From contig JBKBYA010000008.1 of NCBI GenBank assembly GCA_046313635.1, positions 99,786 through 163,785 of the forward strand: a DNA stretch of 64,000 nucleotides. The letters are read 5' to 3'. This stretch comes from Pyrinomonadaceae bacterium. GTDB taxonomy: Bacteria > Acidobacteriota > Blastocatellia > Pyrinomonadales > Pyrinomonadaceae. Under the pieces are notes generated by a model. It saw only the letters and a program-made list of their open reading frames with translations. It was not told the DNA's origin and searched no databases. Positions within the stretch are counted from its first letter, which is position 1. Every line of letters begins with the position of its first letter. Shown here piece by piece: positions 17,491 through 26,329 of the stretch. A program made the translations under genes and the position numbers.

Positions 17491-19491
17491 ATGAAAACCG
17501 GTTGCGAAAACCAGACAGCCGTTAAAATGCGGTCGATCGACCTGCCCGTTCTCGCCTCGCCCGCGCCGCCGGCGAAGCCCGAGATCCGCGCCTCGCGAAC
17601 GTCGCGTTGGCGTGCCGCTTCGCTGATCGCCCTCAACCTGCTGATGGCCGCTCACATCCTGCAGTGGTGGCTCACGGGCCGGACGGTCTCGCCCATCGAG
17701 CCTTCGGAGGCGATGTACACGCTGCAGCGCGGGGCGATCAACGCCGGGCTGATCTTTTTCAGTCTCGCGATCCTCTCGACGCTGCTTTTGGGCCGCTTTG
17801 TATGCGGCTGGGGATGTCACATCGTCGCGCTGCAGGACCTGTGCGCGTGGCTGCTGAAAAAGATAGGTCTAAAGCCGCGGCCATTCCGATCGCGGCTGCT
17901 CGTCTGGGTGCCGCTCGTCGCGGCGCTTTACATGTTTGTCTGGCCGAGTGTGGCTCGATACTTCACAAAGCCCGCCGGCGAGCCGCTCATACCGCAATTC
18001 ACCAATCACATCGTGACGACCGACTTTTGGGCGACCTTTCCGCCGGTGTGGGTCGCGGTGCCGTTCCTCTTTGTGTGCGGATTTGTGACCGTGTACTTTC
18101 TCGGCTCAAAGGGCTTCTGCACATACGGCTGCCCGTACGGCGGATTCTTCGGCGTTGCCGACAAGGTCGCGCCGGGCCGCATCCGCGTCAAGCAGGACGC
18201 CTGCCATCAATGCGGTCACTGCACCGCGGTCTGCACCTCAAATGTACTCGTCCATCTCGAGGTCAAACAGCACGGAATGGTCGTCGACCCCGGCTGCATG
18301 AAGTGCATGGACTGCGTCAGCGTCTGCCCGAACGACGCGCTGTATTTCGGCTTTGGAAAACCAGCCGTTGGAATTTCGGATCTCGGATCTCGGATTTCGG
18401 ATTCGGCAAGAAAGGTCGGTGATCACGTGCAGGCCTCAAAAAGTTCTTCCAATCCGCGATCCGCGATCCGCAATTCGCAATCAACGAATCCGCAATTGAA
18501 CTGGTCCGAAGAGATCTTTGTCGCCGTCGTCTTTGCCGCGAGTTTCTTTGCGGTCTGGGACGTTTATCAGCTCGTGCCGATGCTGATGGCGCTCGGCATC
18601 GCGCCGGTGACCACGTTTTTGGCGTTCAAGACGTGGCGGCTGCTGCGGTCCGGCGACCAGTCGTTTTACAAGTTCATTCTCAAGTCGGGCGGGCGGATCA
18701 CTAACGCGGGCTGGACATTTTTGAGCTTTGCCGTTCTTTGGATCGGTCTCACTGCTCACAGCGGCTGGGTGCGGTATCACGAGAGCGCCGGCACGAGCAG
18801 ATTCGAGAGCATTCGTATCGCCGACGAGCTCGCGCTCGCGCAGGCAGATCCGAAGGTATGGCTCAGCCCGCAGGACCGCGAGGTCGTCAGGGAAGGCCGG
18901 CGACATCTCAACGCCGCGATCGGCGGCGGCCTGTTTACCAACTACCACGCGCTGCCAAAGCTCGCCTGGCTCGAATTCCTCGGCGGCGACGCCGAACGCG
19001 CCGTCGAGGTGCTCGCCCGCGCTGCTGAGCAACAGTCGGGGCAGGAACGCGCGATCAGTCTCTATTACCGCGGCGCGATCCTCAACCGCCTCGGCCGGCC
19101 CGCCGACGCGATCGATGCGCTCGACGCGGCGCTTGAAGACGCTCCCGACCTGATCCTCGCTCGCGAGGAGCTCGGCGAATCGCTTTGGCGCCTCGGCCGC
19201 CGCGACGAGGCCGTCGCCGCGTGGAATGACGCCGTCGCGCTCAACCCGCGTCTCGCGATCGCAAACAACTTCCTTGCCGGAGCGACGGCCGGCGACGCCG
19301 GATCGTCCGCCCGCTACCGCGCGGCAGCCGCCGAAGCGACGCCCGACGACGCGCTTTTTGTGTGGGTCGTCGGCCTGCGGCTCAGAAATGTCGGGATGAA
19401 CGACCTCGCCGAAAAGCACTTTGCCCGAGCGATACAGCTAAACCCCGAATTCAAACGCGCCCGCGAGCTCGACCTCATCAACCGCCGTTAG
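17491..19491 (+). CDS. Membrane 4Fe-4S polyferredoxin (NapH/MauN/CcoG-like) fused to C-terminal TPRs
   Basis: GRFVCGWGCH and FCTYGCPYG (Cx3C motifs), CHQCGHCTAVC and CMKCMDCVSVCP, multiple TM helices and TPR-like helices. The start could also be 17527. Confidence 0.88.
   Translation: MKTGCENQTAVKMRSIDLPVLASPAPPAKPEIRASRTSRWRAASLIALNLLMAAHILQWWLTGRTVSPIEPSEAMYTLQRGAINAGLIFFSLAILSTLLLGRFVCGWGCHIVALQDLCAWLLKKIGLKPRPFRSRLLVWVPLVAALYMFVWPSVARYFTKPAGEPLIPQFTNHIVTTDFWATFPPVWVAVPFLFVCGFVTVYFLGSKGFCTYGCPYGGFFGVADKVAPGRIRVKQDACHQCGHCTAVCTSNVLVHLEVKQHGMVVDPGCMKCMDCVSVCPNDALYFGFGKPAVGISDLGSRISDSARKVGDHVQASKSSSNPRSAIRNSQSTNPQLNWSEEIFVAVVFAASFFAVWDVYQLVPMLMALGIAPVTTFLAFKTWRLLRSGDQSFYKFILKSGGRITNAGWTFLSFAVLWIGLTAHSGWVRYHESAGTSRFESIRIADELALAQADPKVWLSPQDREVVREGRRHLNAAIGGGLFTNYHALPKLAWLEFLGGDAERAVEVLARAAEQQSGQERAISLYYRGAILNRLGRPADAIDALDAALEDAPDLILAREELGESLWRLGRRDEAVAAWNDAVALNPRLAIANNFLAGATAGDAGSSARYRAAAAEATPDDALFVWVVGLRLRNVGMNDLAEKHFARAIQLNPEFKRARELDLINRR
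18368..18482. repeat. Heptamer-armed palindrome inserted in-frame inside the polyferredoxin CDS
   Basis: ttcggat ctcggat ctcggat ttcggat ... aatccgc gatccgc gatccgc aattcgc; translated as ISDLGSRISD...NPRSAIRNSQ. Confidence 0.85.
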
Positions 19492-19492
19492 A

Positions 19493-19520
19493 TCAGAACC
19501 TCCCGCGTCAGCCGGCCGGC
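19493..19520 (+). repeat. REP-like element (TCAGAACC..GCGT.AGC.GG family)
   Basis: tcagaacctcccgcgtcagccggccgg resembles the copies at 20927-21134. Confidence 0.65.
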
Positions 19521-19559
19521 TCTTAATGAACGCAGATCCGGCGAAATGGCCACCACGAA

Positions 19560-19694
19560 AAACTCCCCTCCCGGATAGGATGGGTGCCGCATCCTCGCGG
19601 CGTGGTGGTGGATCATCGCCGATCAGTTCGCGACGTGATAAGAATCAGATTTTTAAACAACAGCTTCCCCGGCCGAAGACGGCCACCCCTCCTG
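19560..19694. repeat. Degenerate REP-like inverted element (CCCCTCC..GGGTG.CCG)
   Basis: ctcccctccggataggatgggtgccg...cggccgaagacggccacccctcct form imperfect inverted copies. Confidence 0.5.
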
Positions 19695-19796
19695 GCCGGC
19701 ACATTCGAGATCGAATCGTCGTCCGGCAAGGGCACATCGATCTTCGTTCGCGTCCCTGCAGGGTACGACCGCGAGACCGAGCTTGCGGGCGGGTGA
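19689..19796 (+). pseudogene. C-terminal remnant of a sensor histidine kinase (HATPase_c)
   Basis: LLAGTFEIESSSGKGTSIFVRVP...* matches the G2-box end of NarX-type kinases. No upstream part of the gene is present. Confidence 0.7.
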
Positions 19797-19838
19797 CGGG
19801 CCCGCCGCGGCCGGGGAGGTTTTACAAAGTGAAATTCG

Positions 19839-19872
19839 CAGAGGCCTCGCTGTCCGGCGGGTCTCTTTTTTT
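19839..19872 (+). terminator. Intrinsic terminator
   Basis: agaggcctcgc/gcgggtctct hairpin followed by a T run. Confidence 0.6.
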
Positions 19873-19907
19873 GCGACAATGTTGGCCGGCAGACCCGAAC
19901 AAAAACG

Positions 19908-20618
19908 ATGAAGGTACGCGAACTAGGATACGAGCGGACGCCGCTGGGCGATCTGACGCTGCGGGAGAGGATCGAGCCGAAGGCCGGCGGCGTCGAGGTA
20001 CTCGAGGTCAAACTCGGCGACGAGTATCTGATGTCGAGCCTCTTTACCGAGAGCGAACGCCAACTTGCCCGGCTCGGCCTCGCCGCGGTGGAAGGCGGCG
20101 AGCTCGATGTGGTCGTCGGCGGGCTCGGTCTCGGGTACACGGCGGCCGAGGCGTTGAAGAGCGAACGCGTCGATCGGCTGCTGGTGATCGAGCTGTTTCA
20201 GGCCGTGATCGACTGGCACCGCCGCGGGCTCGTGCCGCTCGGCGAGCGGATCGTCGGCGACGAAAGGTGCGAGGTGCGGCAGGGTGATTTCTTTGCGCTC
20301 GCGCGGACGGGGCTTGACGTCCGCCGTCCGGAGGCGAAGTTTGACGCCGTGCTGCTCGACATCGACCACACGCCCGAGCTCGTCCTCGATGCGGGCAACC
20401 GTTCCTTTTACACCGTCGAAGGCCTCGCCGCCGTGCGCGATCAGCTCAAGCCCGGCGGCGCCTTTGCACTGTGGTCGGACGACCCGGCCAACGAGGAATT
20501 CACCGCCCTGCTCCGCGGCGTCTTTGGCTCGGCCGATGCGCACAATATCGAATTCCCCAACCCCTACACCCGCTCGACATCGGTCAACTCCGTCTACGTC
20601 GCGCGGAATCTCGAATAG
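19908..20618 (+). CDS. Spermidine synthase-like SAM-dependent transferase
   Basis: GGLGLGYT SAM-binding motif, LLDIDH and LKPGG..LWS. Confidence 0.8.
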   Translation: MKVRELGYERTPLGDLTLRERIEPKAGGVEVLEVKLGDEYLMSSLFTESERQLARLGLAAVEGGELDVVVGGLGLGYTAAEALKSERVDRLLVIELFQAVIDWHRRGLVPLGERIVGDERCEVRQGDFFALARTGLDVRRPEAKFDAVLLDIDHTPELVLDAGNRSFYTVEGLAAVRDQLKPGGAFALWSDDPANEEFTALLRGVFGSADAHNIEFPNPYTRSTSVNSVYVARNLE

Positions 20619-20658
20619 TCACAGTCGCCTGCTCGCGTCCTGCCTCCGTGCGGTTCCG

Positions 20659-20872
20659 GCGGCTTCGCCGCAGTGCTGTGCGGAAGGGCCCTTCTTCAGC
20701 CACCTTCTTGCGGCTTCGCCGCGGTGCTGTGCGGAATGGCTCTGCCTTTCCGGCAAGCTTCCCAAACTATCCTGGAGGCTGCGCCTCAGCACGGAGGCGC
20801 AGCCTCGAAGAAATAAGAAATACCGATGCCGGCAGGGCGAAGCCCTTCCGCACATCACTGCGGCGCAGCCGC
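20659..20872. repeat. REP/BIME-like cluster (GCGGCTTCGCCGC-GTGCTGTGCGGAA)
   Basis: Two direct copies (20659, 20710), one inverted copy (20827-20872), and a central gaggctgcgcctc/gaggcgcagcctc palindrome. Confidence 0.8.
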
Positions 20873-20926
20873 GCGAGCATCAGCCTTTCGCGGCGGTCCC
20901 GCCACGTCGTCCAAGATCGGTCGCAG

Positions 20927-21134
20927 TCAGAACCGCCTGCGTGAGCGGGGGGCGGTTGGTCGGCGGCTCGTAAAGCCTGGCTGGCGTGGCGGCCGGCGAA
21001 CTGGCCCGCTGCTTACGCGAGCGGGTTCTGACCTTTTTGCGAACTGGCGCGCCCGCTTAACCTGGGGGGGCGACATTTTTCGAAACGCCGCGTGCCGCCT
21101 CGACCGGCCCGCCCGCTTACGCGGGGGGATCTGA
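20927..21134. repeat. REP-like cluster (TCAGAACCGCCTGCGTGAGCGGG family)
   Basis: Forward copy at 20927; inverted copies ending at 21031 and 21134; a degenerate copy near 21051. Confidence 0.75.
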
Positions 21135-23666
21135 CCGGGCGATGAGGGGTTCGCCGGCGTCGGGGGCGGGCGGCGGTACGTTAATGGGCTTTTCGCTGCC
21201 GGCGGCGGTTGATGGGACGGGCTCGAGGGCGGCATTCAAAACGTCGCTGATGTACTTGGCCGGGATGATCTCGAGGTCTTTGCGGACGTCGTCGGGGATC
21301 TCGTCGATGTCGGCCTCGTTGCGTTCCGGCAGGATGATACGGCGGATGCCGGCGCGGTGCGCGGCGAGCACCTTCTCCTTGATGCCGCCGACAGGGAAGA
21401 CGAGTCCCGAGAGCGTGATCTCGCCGGTCATCGCCGTATCCGAGCGGACCTTACGGCCGGTAAAGAGCGACGCCATCGCGGTCGCCATCGTCACGCCGGC
21501 CGACGGGCCGTCCTTCGGTATCGCTCCGGCGGGCACGTGCAGGTGGACGCCGTTTGACTTGATCATCTCGAGATCGATGCCTAATTCGGCGGCGTGCGAC
21601 CAGAGGTAGCTGCGCGCGGCCTGCGCGGACTCTTTCATCACTTCGCCGAGCTGTCCGGTCAGCGTGAGCCCGCTCGCGCCGGGCAGCAGCGTCGCTTCGA
21701 TAAAGAGGACCTCGCCGCCCATCTCGGTCCACGCCATTCCGGTCGCGACGCCCGCGGGCAGATCGGTGCGGGCCTGCTCGGGATAGAAGCGCGGCGCTCC
21801 GAGATAGGATTTGATGTCTGCGGCGGTGATCACGAATTTGGCCGGCGCCGGTTTGCCGACCGACGCGTCAGCCGGATCGCCTGCCGCGCCTGCTGAATCA
21901 GGAGGCGCGCTTGCTGATTCGGCGACTTTGAGAGCGACCTTGCGGGCGATGTTGCCGATCGCACGCTCGAGCTGTCGGACGCCGGCCTCGCGTGTGTAGC
22001 GCGAGGTCAAGAGGTCGATCGCGTCGTCGGTGATCTCGAGCTGCTCGGGCGTGAGGCCGTTCTCTCTGATCTGCCGCGGGATGAGGTACTGCTTGGCGAT
22101 ATTGAGCTTCTCTTGATCGCTGTAGCCGGCGAGCTGGATGATCTCCATTCGATCACGAAGCGGCATCGGGATCGGCCCGAGCTGGTTGGCCGTCGCGATA
22201 AAAAACACCTTCGACAGATCGAAGGGCAGATCGAGATAGTTGTCGCGGAAGGTGTTGTTCTGCTGCGGGTCGAGTATCTCGAGCAGCGCCGACGCCGGGT
22301 CGCCGCGAAAGTCGTTGCCGAGCTTGTCGATCTCGTCGAGCATCAGCACCGGATTGTTGACGCCGACGCGCCTTAGGCTCTGAATGATGCGGCCCGGCAT
22401 CGCGCCGATGTACGTGCGGCGATGCCCGCGGAGCTCCGCCTCGTCGCGCATTCCGCCGAGGCTCATACGGTCGAATTCACGCCCCAGAGCACGCGCGATC
22501 GAGCGCCCGAGCGAGGTCTTGCCGACTCCCGGAGGGCCGACAAACAGCAGTATCGGACTCTTTGAATCGGGCCGCAGCTTGACGACGGCGAGCGACTCGA
22601 GGATGCGCTCCTTGATGTCCTCGAGGCCGTAGTGGTCCTCGTCGAGTATCTTGCGCGCCTCGGCGAGGTCGAGCTTCTCCTCGCTCGATTTTTTCCACGG
22701 GAGGTCGAGGATGTACTCGAGATACGTGCGGATGACGTGAAAGTCCGGCGCCGACTGCGGCAGAGCCTCCATCCGGCGGAGCTCGCGCTCGGCCTCTTTT
22801 CGCACCTCGTCGGGCAGGTCGGCCGTCTCGAGCCGCTCTCGCAATTGGGCGGCCTCGGCCTTTTCGCCGTTGTCGTCCTCGCCGAGCTCTTTCTGGATCG
22901 CCTTCATCTGCTGGCGGAGCACGTAGTCGCGCTGCGCCTTGTCCATCTCGGTCTGCGCCTCGGTCGCGATCTTTGAACGGATCTGCATGATCTCGACCTC
23001 GCGGGCGAGCGCGCCGTGCGTCAGCGTCAGCAGCTCGTCAACGGTGGCCGCCTCGAGCATCTTTTGCTCGGTCTCGCTGCCGAGATCGAGCACCGACGCG
23101 AGAAAGTAAGAGAGCTGCACCGGATTGCTCTGCGACATCACCGCCATGCGCACCTCGGGCGGCACTTGCGGCAGCAGCGCGAGCGCCTGCTGGATCATTC
23201 CCTGAATGTTGCGCTTTAAGGCCTCGACCTCTTCGTCGTCGATCGTCTTGAGCTCGGGCAATATCTCGACGCGGGCCCTCAGGAACGGCTGCTCCTGCAG
23301 CCACTCAACGACGCGAAAGCGCTCCATTCCCTGCACGATGAGCTGCATGATGCCGTCGTTCTGCATCATTCGCTTGATATTGACGATCGTGCCGACCGAG
23401 TACAGGTCGTCAGGCTTGGCGTCGTCGCCCGTGACGCCGTCGGTCTTTGTAGTAATGCAGGCGAGAAGCTTCTCTTCGGTCGCGAGAGACGACTGTACCG
23501 CGGCCGTCGAGCGTTCGCGGCCCACGGCTAGCGGCACGACCGTCTCGGGAAAGAGCGTCGTATTCTGCAGCGGCAGCACCGGGATCGCGAACTGCCTGAT
23601 CGCGGTCGTATCGACAGCCGCTCCCTGCGTCTCGTCGTTGTTTGGGTGTCGCTTTTCTTCTGCCAT
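21117..23666 (-). CDS. lon: ATP-dependent Lon protease
   Basis: N-terminal LON domain, GPPGVGKT, LDEIDK, KDGPSAG and IKEK. Confidence 0.96.
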   Translation of the reverse strand: MAEEKRHPNNDETQGAAVDTTAIRQFAIPVLPLQNTTLFPETVVPLAVGRERSTAAVQSSLATEEKLLACITTKTDGVTGDDAKPDDLYSVGTIVNIKRMMQNDGIMQLIVQGMERFRVVEWLQEQPFLRARVEILPELKTIDDEEVEALKRNIQGMIQQALALLPQVPPEVRMAVMSQSNPVQLSYFLASVLDLGSETEQKMLEAATVDELLTLTHGALAREVEIMQIRSKIATEAQTEMDKAQRDYVLRQQMKAIQKELGEDDNGEKAEAAQLRERLETADLPDEVRKEAERELRRMEALPQSAPDFHVIRTYLEYILDLPWKKSSEEKLDLAEARKILDEDHYGLEDIKERILESLAVVKLRPDSKSPILLFVGPPGVGKTSLGRSIARALGREFDRMSLGGMRDEAELRGHRRTYIGAMPGRIIQSLRRVGVNNPVLMLDEIDKLGNDFRGDPASALLEILDPQQNNTFRDNYLDLPFDLSKVFFIATANQLGPIPMPLRDRMEIIQLAGYSDQEKLNIAKQYLIPRQIRENGLTPEQLEITDDAIDLLTSRYTREAGVRQLERAIGNIARKVALKVAESASAPPDSAGAAGDPADASVGKPAPAKFVITAADIKSYLGAPRFYPEQARTDLPAGVATGMAWTEMGGEVLFIEATLLPGASGLTLTGQLGEVMKESAQAARSYLWSHAAELGIDLEMIKSNGVHLHVPAGAIPKDGPSAGVTMATAMASLFTGRKVRSDTAMTGEITLSGLVFPVGGIKEKVLAAHRAGIRRIILPERNEADIDEIPDDVRKDLEIIPAKYISDVLNAALEPVPSTAAGSEKPINVPPPAPDAGEPLIARSDPPA

Positions 23667-23671
23667 AAGGT

Positions 23672-24043
23672 CTATTTGCTGCTGTCGGCCTTTCGCAGGC
23701 GAATGATCAGCAGCCCGTTCTCAAAATTATGTTCGATCCGCGCTCCGTCGATGGATGCCGGGAACTTGAGCGTCTTTTCGAATCGGCTGTAGGTGATCTC
23801 CATCTGATGAAACGAGTAGCCGACCGAGCACGAGCGGTCCTTGCGGCAGCCGCCGATGTAGAGCACGTTTCCCTGTATGTCGATCTCGATGTCCTCGGGG
23901 GCGACGCCCGCGAGCTCGACCTTGACCAGCCAGCCGTCGGGCGTGTTGTAAATGTCGGCCGCAGGCAGCCAGAGCGGGCCAGAGGGCTTGACGTTCTTTG
24001 ACGAGCCGAGAAATTGGAAATTTCTGTTGATCGATTTGGCCAT
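23672..24043 (-). CDS. Hsp20/alpha-crystallin small heat shock protein
   Basis: PAADIY...VELAGV..EDIEI...F..NGLLII; adjacent to lon. Confidence 0.88.
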   Translation of the reverse strand: MAKSINRNFQFLGSSKNVKPSGPLWLPAADIYNTPDGWLVKVELAGVAPEDIEIDIQGNVLYIGGCRKDRSCSVGYSFHQMEITYSRFEKTLKFPASIDGARIEHNFENGLLIIRLRKADSSK

Positions 24044-24049
24044 TGGCGG

Positions 24050-24258
24050 TTGGTAGACAGTAGTCAGTAGTCAGTAGTCGGTGGGCAGTGGTCAGTGATC
24101 GGTGGTCAGTGGTTAGTGGTCAGTGGTCAGTGGCCAGTAGTCGGCTGTCAGTGGTCAGTGGTCAGTTAATCGGTTTTCATCATTTACCATTCACCATTTA
24201 CCATTCACCATTTACCACTTACCGTTTACCACTCTCCGTTTTCCACTCACCGTTCACA
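24050..24258. repeat. Head-to-head heptamer arrays (TGGTCAG)n / (TTTACCA/TTCACCA)n
   Basis: About 15 TGGTCAG/TAGTCAG units at 24050-24165, then about 11 TTTACCA-type units at 24178-24258. Confidence 0.92.
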
Positions 24259-24268
24259 CTTCTCCTCC

Positions 24269-24745
24269 TCACTTCTTGCTCCAAAATCCGCTGCCGCTCG
24301 ATATGTCTTCGAGCGTCTCGGCGATCTCGCGTTCGTCTTCCATTTCGAGCGCGACGTCGGCCATCGCGATGATGCCGGCGAGACGGCCCTGGTCGTCGAC
24401 GACCGGGATGCGGCGCACCTGCCGATCGCCCATCAGCCTGATCGCCTCGAAAGCAAAATCGTCCGGCCGCACAGAAAAGATCTCCGTCGTCATCGCTTCG
24501 CCGACGGTCGAATCGGCGCCCTTCCCTTCGGCGACCGCGCGGACGACGATATCGCGGTCGGTGACTATGCCGATGAGCTTTCCGTCCTCGACCACGGGCA
24601 CCGAACCCATATCGCCGTCGCGCATCAAGACCGCAGCTTCTTGCAGCGTCGTCGCGCGCGTGGCGGTCGTGACGTCTGACGTCATAATGTCGCGGCATCG
24701 CAGCCGGGAGGCGGCCGCCGACGAAGATGTTTGACCTTCGCTCAT
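24269..24745 (-). CDS. CBS domain protein
   Basis: Two CBS domains (DIMT..., GIVTDRDIV, QVRRIPVVD). Confidence 0.9.
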   Translation of the reverse strand: MSEGQTSSSAAASRLRCRDIMTSDVTTATRATTLQEAAVLMRDGDMGSVPVVEDGKLIGIVTDRDIVVRAVAEGKGADSTVGEAMTTEIFSVRPDDFAFEAIRLMGDRQVRRIPVVDDQGRLAGIIAMADVALEMEDEREIAETLEDISSGSGFWSKK

Positions 24746-24888
24746 TGCGTTTTACCTTGAGAATATTTTGTTTGAGCAGGTGGGATAAAGCAAGCGATTT
24801 GAATTTTTGAATGAATGCCGATTTGCGAATTGCGTTTTGAGTGGCCGAAACTTGAAGCAGAGAAAAGAAAGATCGCAAAGCTGTAGTT

Positions 24889-25236
24889 GTGGGCAAAGCA
24901 GTTATCAATAGGCGCAAACCGAGACGCGAGGGCAAGGTCGTCACCGTCGGCCGGGCCGACGCCGTGCCGCCGGGCCGCGGCGCGACCGTCAAGCTCAAGG
25001 ACGGCTCGGAGCTCGCACTCTTTAACATCGGGGGCACATTCTACGCGATCGAGAATTTTTGCCCGCACAAGGGCTTTCCGCTCGCCGACTCGCGGCTCTA
25101 CGGCAGCATCGTCGAATGCGACTGGCACGGCTGGCGTTTTGACGTGCGCGACGGCCGGTGCTTTACCGAGGCAGGCTGCGACATCGAGAGCTACGAAGTG
25201 AAGGTCGAGGACGGGATGATCAAGATCGTCATCTAG
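24889..25236 (+). CDS. Rieske 2Fe-2S ferredoxin (NirD-like)
   Basis: CPH and CDWH Rieske ligands. Confidence 0.9.
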   Translation: MGKAVINRRKPRREGKVVTVGRADAVPPGRGATVKLKDGSELALFNIGGTFYAIENFCPHKGFPLADSRLYGSIVECDWHGWRFDVRDGRCFTEAGCDIESYEVKVEDGMIKIVI

Positions 25237-25263
25237 CTACGCCGCGCTATAATGCAGGGCACT

Positions 25264-25503
25264 ATGCACAAAACCGTCAACATCGACGAGATCAACGACT
25301 CGCTCCACGCCGTGATCGCGCTCGCCGGCGAAGGTGAAGATGTGCTTGTCGAGGAGCATGGTCGCCCTATCGCCAAGGTGACCAAGCTCGTCAATGACAC
25401 AGCCCGACCGCGAACGCCGGGCTTGGGAAAGGGATACTGGGTGAGTGATGACTTTGACGACGAGCTTCCCGATGAATTTTGGGGTTTCGACAAAGATCGA
25501 TGA
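25264..25503 (+). CDS. Type II antitoxin (Phd/YefM-like N-terminus)
   Basis: GEDVLV..HGRPIAKV...RTPG...WVSDDFDDELP; overlaps the PIN gene start. TATAAT at 25248 favours the 25264 start. Confidence 0.85.
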   Translation: MHKTVNIDEINDSLHAVIALAGEGEDVLVEEHGRPIAKVTKLVNDTARPRTPGLGKGYWVSDDFDDELPDEFWGFDKDR

Positions 25504-25889
25504 ACCTTTTGCTCGACACCCACACATTCATTTGGTGGCATTAGGAGCCTGACCGTCTTTCCGCCAGCGCTCTTGCAGCCATTAAGGCCGCTTCAAACAC
25601 TGTATTTTTGAGTTTCGCCAGTGTCTGGGAGCTCCAAATAGAGATTCAGATCGGCAAACTAAAATTCACGGAGACGATCCAGGAAGTCATCGCATCCGAG
25701 CAAACCTCAAATAATTTTCAGCTGCTTCCGATCGAGCTCGACCACGTCCTGACTTTGGGAGAACTGCCGCTCCACCACCGAGATCCCTTCGACCGCATCA
25801 TCCTCGCTCAGGCCATATCCGAACGAATGACCTTGATCGCAACGGATCGACAATTTTCCGCCTACGACGTCCCCATTCTATGGCAATGA
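25500..25889 (+). pseudogene. vapC: VapC/PIN toxin interrupted by an in-frame TAG at codon 15
   Basis: MNLLLDTHTFIWWH*EPDRLS...SVWE...HRDPFDR...ATD; TAG at 25542-25544. Confidence 0.85.
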
Positions 25890-25923
25890 AGTTCTTGGGT
25901 GTGGTGTCGGTATCGTGAATCAG

Positions 25924-26190
25924 CTATCGGACCGATGCACCTGCTGTAGAGCAAACTGCCTGGCCGTCATCGCCGATCGCCTCCACAGGACACGCCATAA
26001 AAGCTTCTTCGCAGAGTGCTAGTTCTTCTGGAGTCTCGGGCTGTTTGCAGACGTACGAATAGCCGTTATCGTCGTTGCGCGTAAAGCACGACGGCGCGGT
26101 GTCGCGGCAGACGTCGCAGTCGATGCACATCCGGTCGACGTAGTATCGGCCGGGGACGTTATCGGGCAGCTTGTCTTTGACGTCGGCCAT
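25924..26190 (-). CDS. Single-cluster ferredoxin
   Basis: CIDCDVC...CPVEAIG. Confidence 0.9.
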   Translation of the reverse strand: MADVKDKLPDNVPGRYYVDRMCIDCDVCRDTAPSCFTRNDDNGYSYVCKQPETPEELALCEEAFMACPVEAIGDDGQAVCSTAGASVR

Positions 26191-26216
26191 GGTTGAAGCG
26201 GCGAATGGACAGATCA

Positions 26217-26308
26217 AAACAGGATGGGCAGGATAAACAGGATCGTTTAGGCGCTCAAACTAGGCGTGTCTCGATCCAATTATCTTGTCTATCCTGTCCA
26301 TCCTGTTT
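26217..26308. repeat. Palindrome with 9-bp tandem arms (ACAGGATGG/CCATCCTGT)
   Basis: aaacaggatgggcaggataaacaggat ... atcttgtctatcctgtccatcctgttt; same family as 63836-63911. Confidence 0.88.
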
Positions 26309-26329
26309 GATTCATCTTGGATCAACTCT

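Noticed and set aside
24050..24258. Possible CRISPR array, or the 94-aa ORF 24088-24372
   Set aside because: The units are contiguous 7-mers with no unique spacers and no cas genes; the ORF is a translation of the repeat.
24840..24900. c-di-GMP-I riboswitch-like 'GCAAAGCTGTAG' upstream of the Rieske gene
   Set aside because: No convincing P1/P2 pairing, and it runs into the start codon.
25542..25544. Pyrrolysine or stop-codon reassignment in vapC
   Set aside because: TAG ends several intact genes in the window and no pyl genes are visible.
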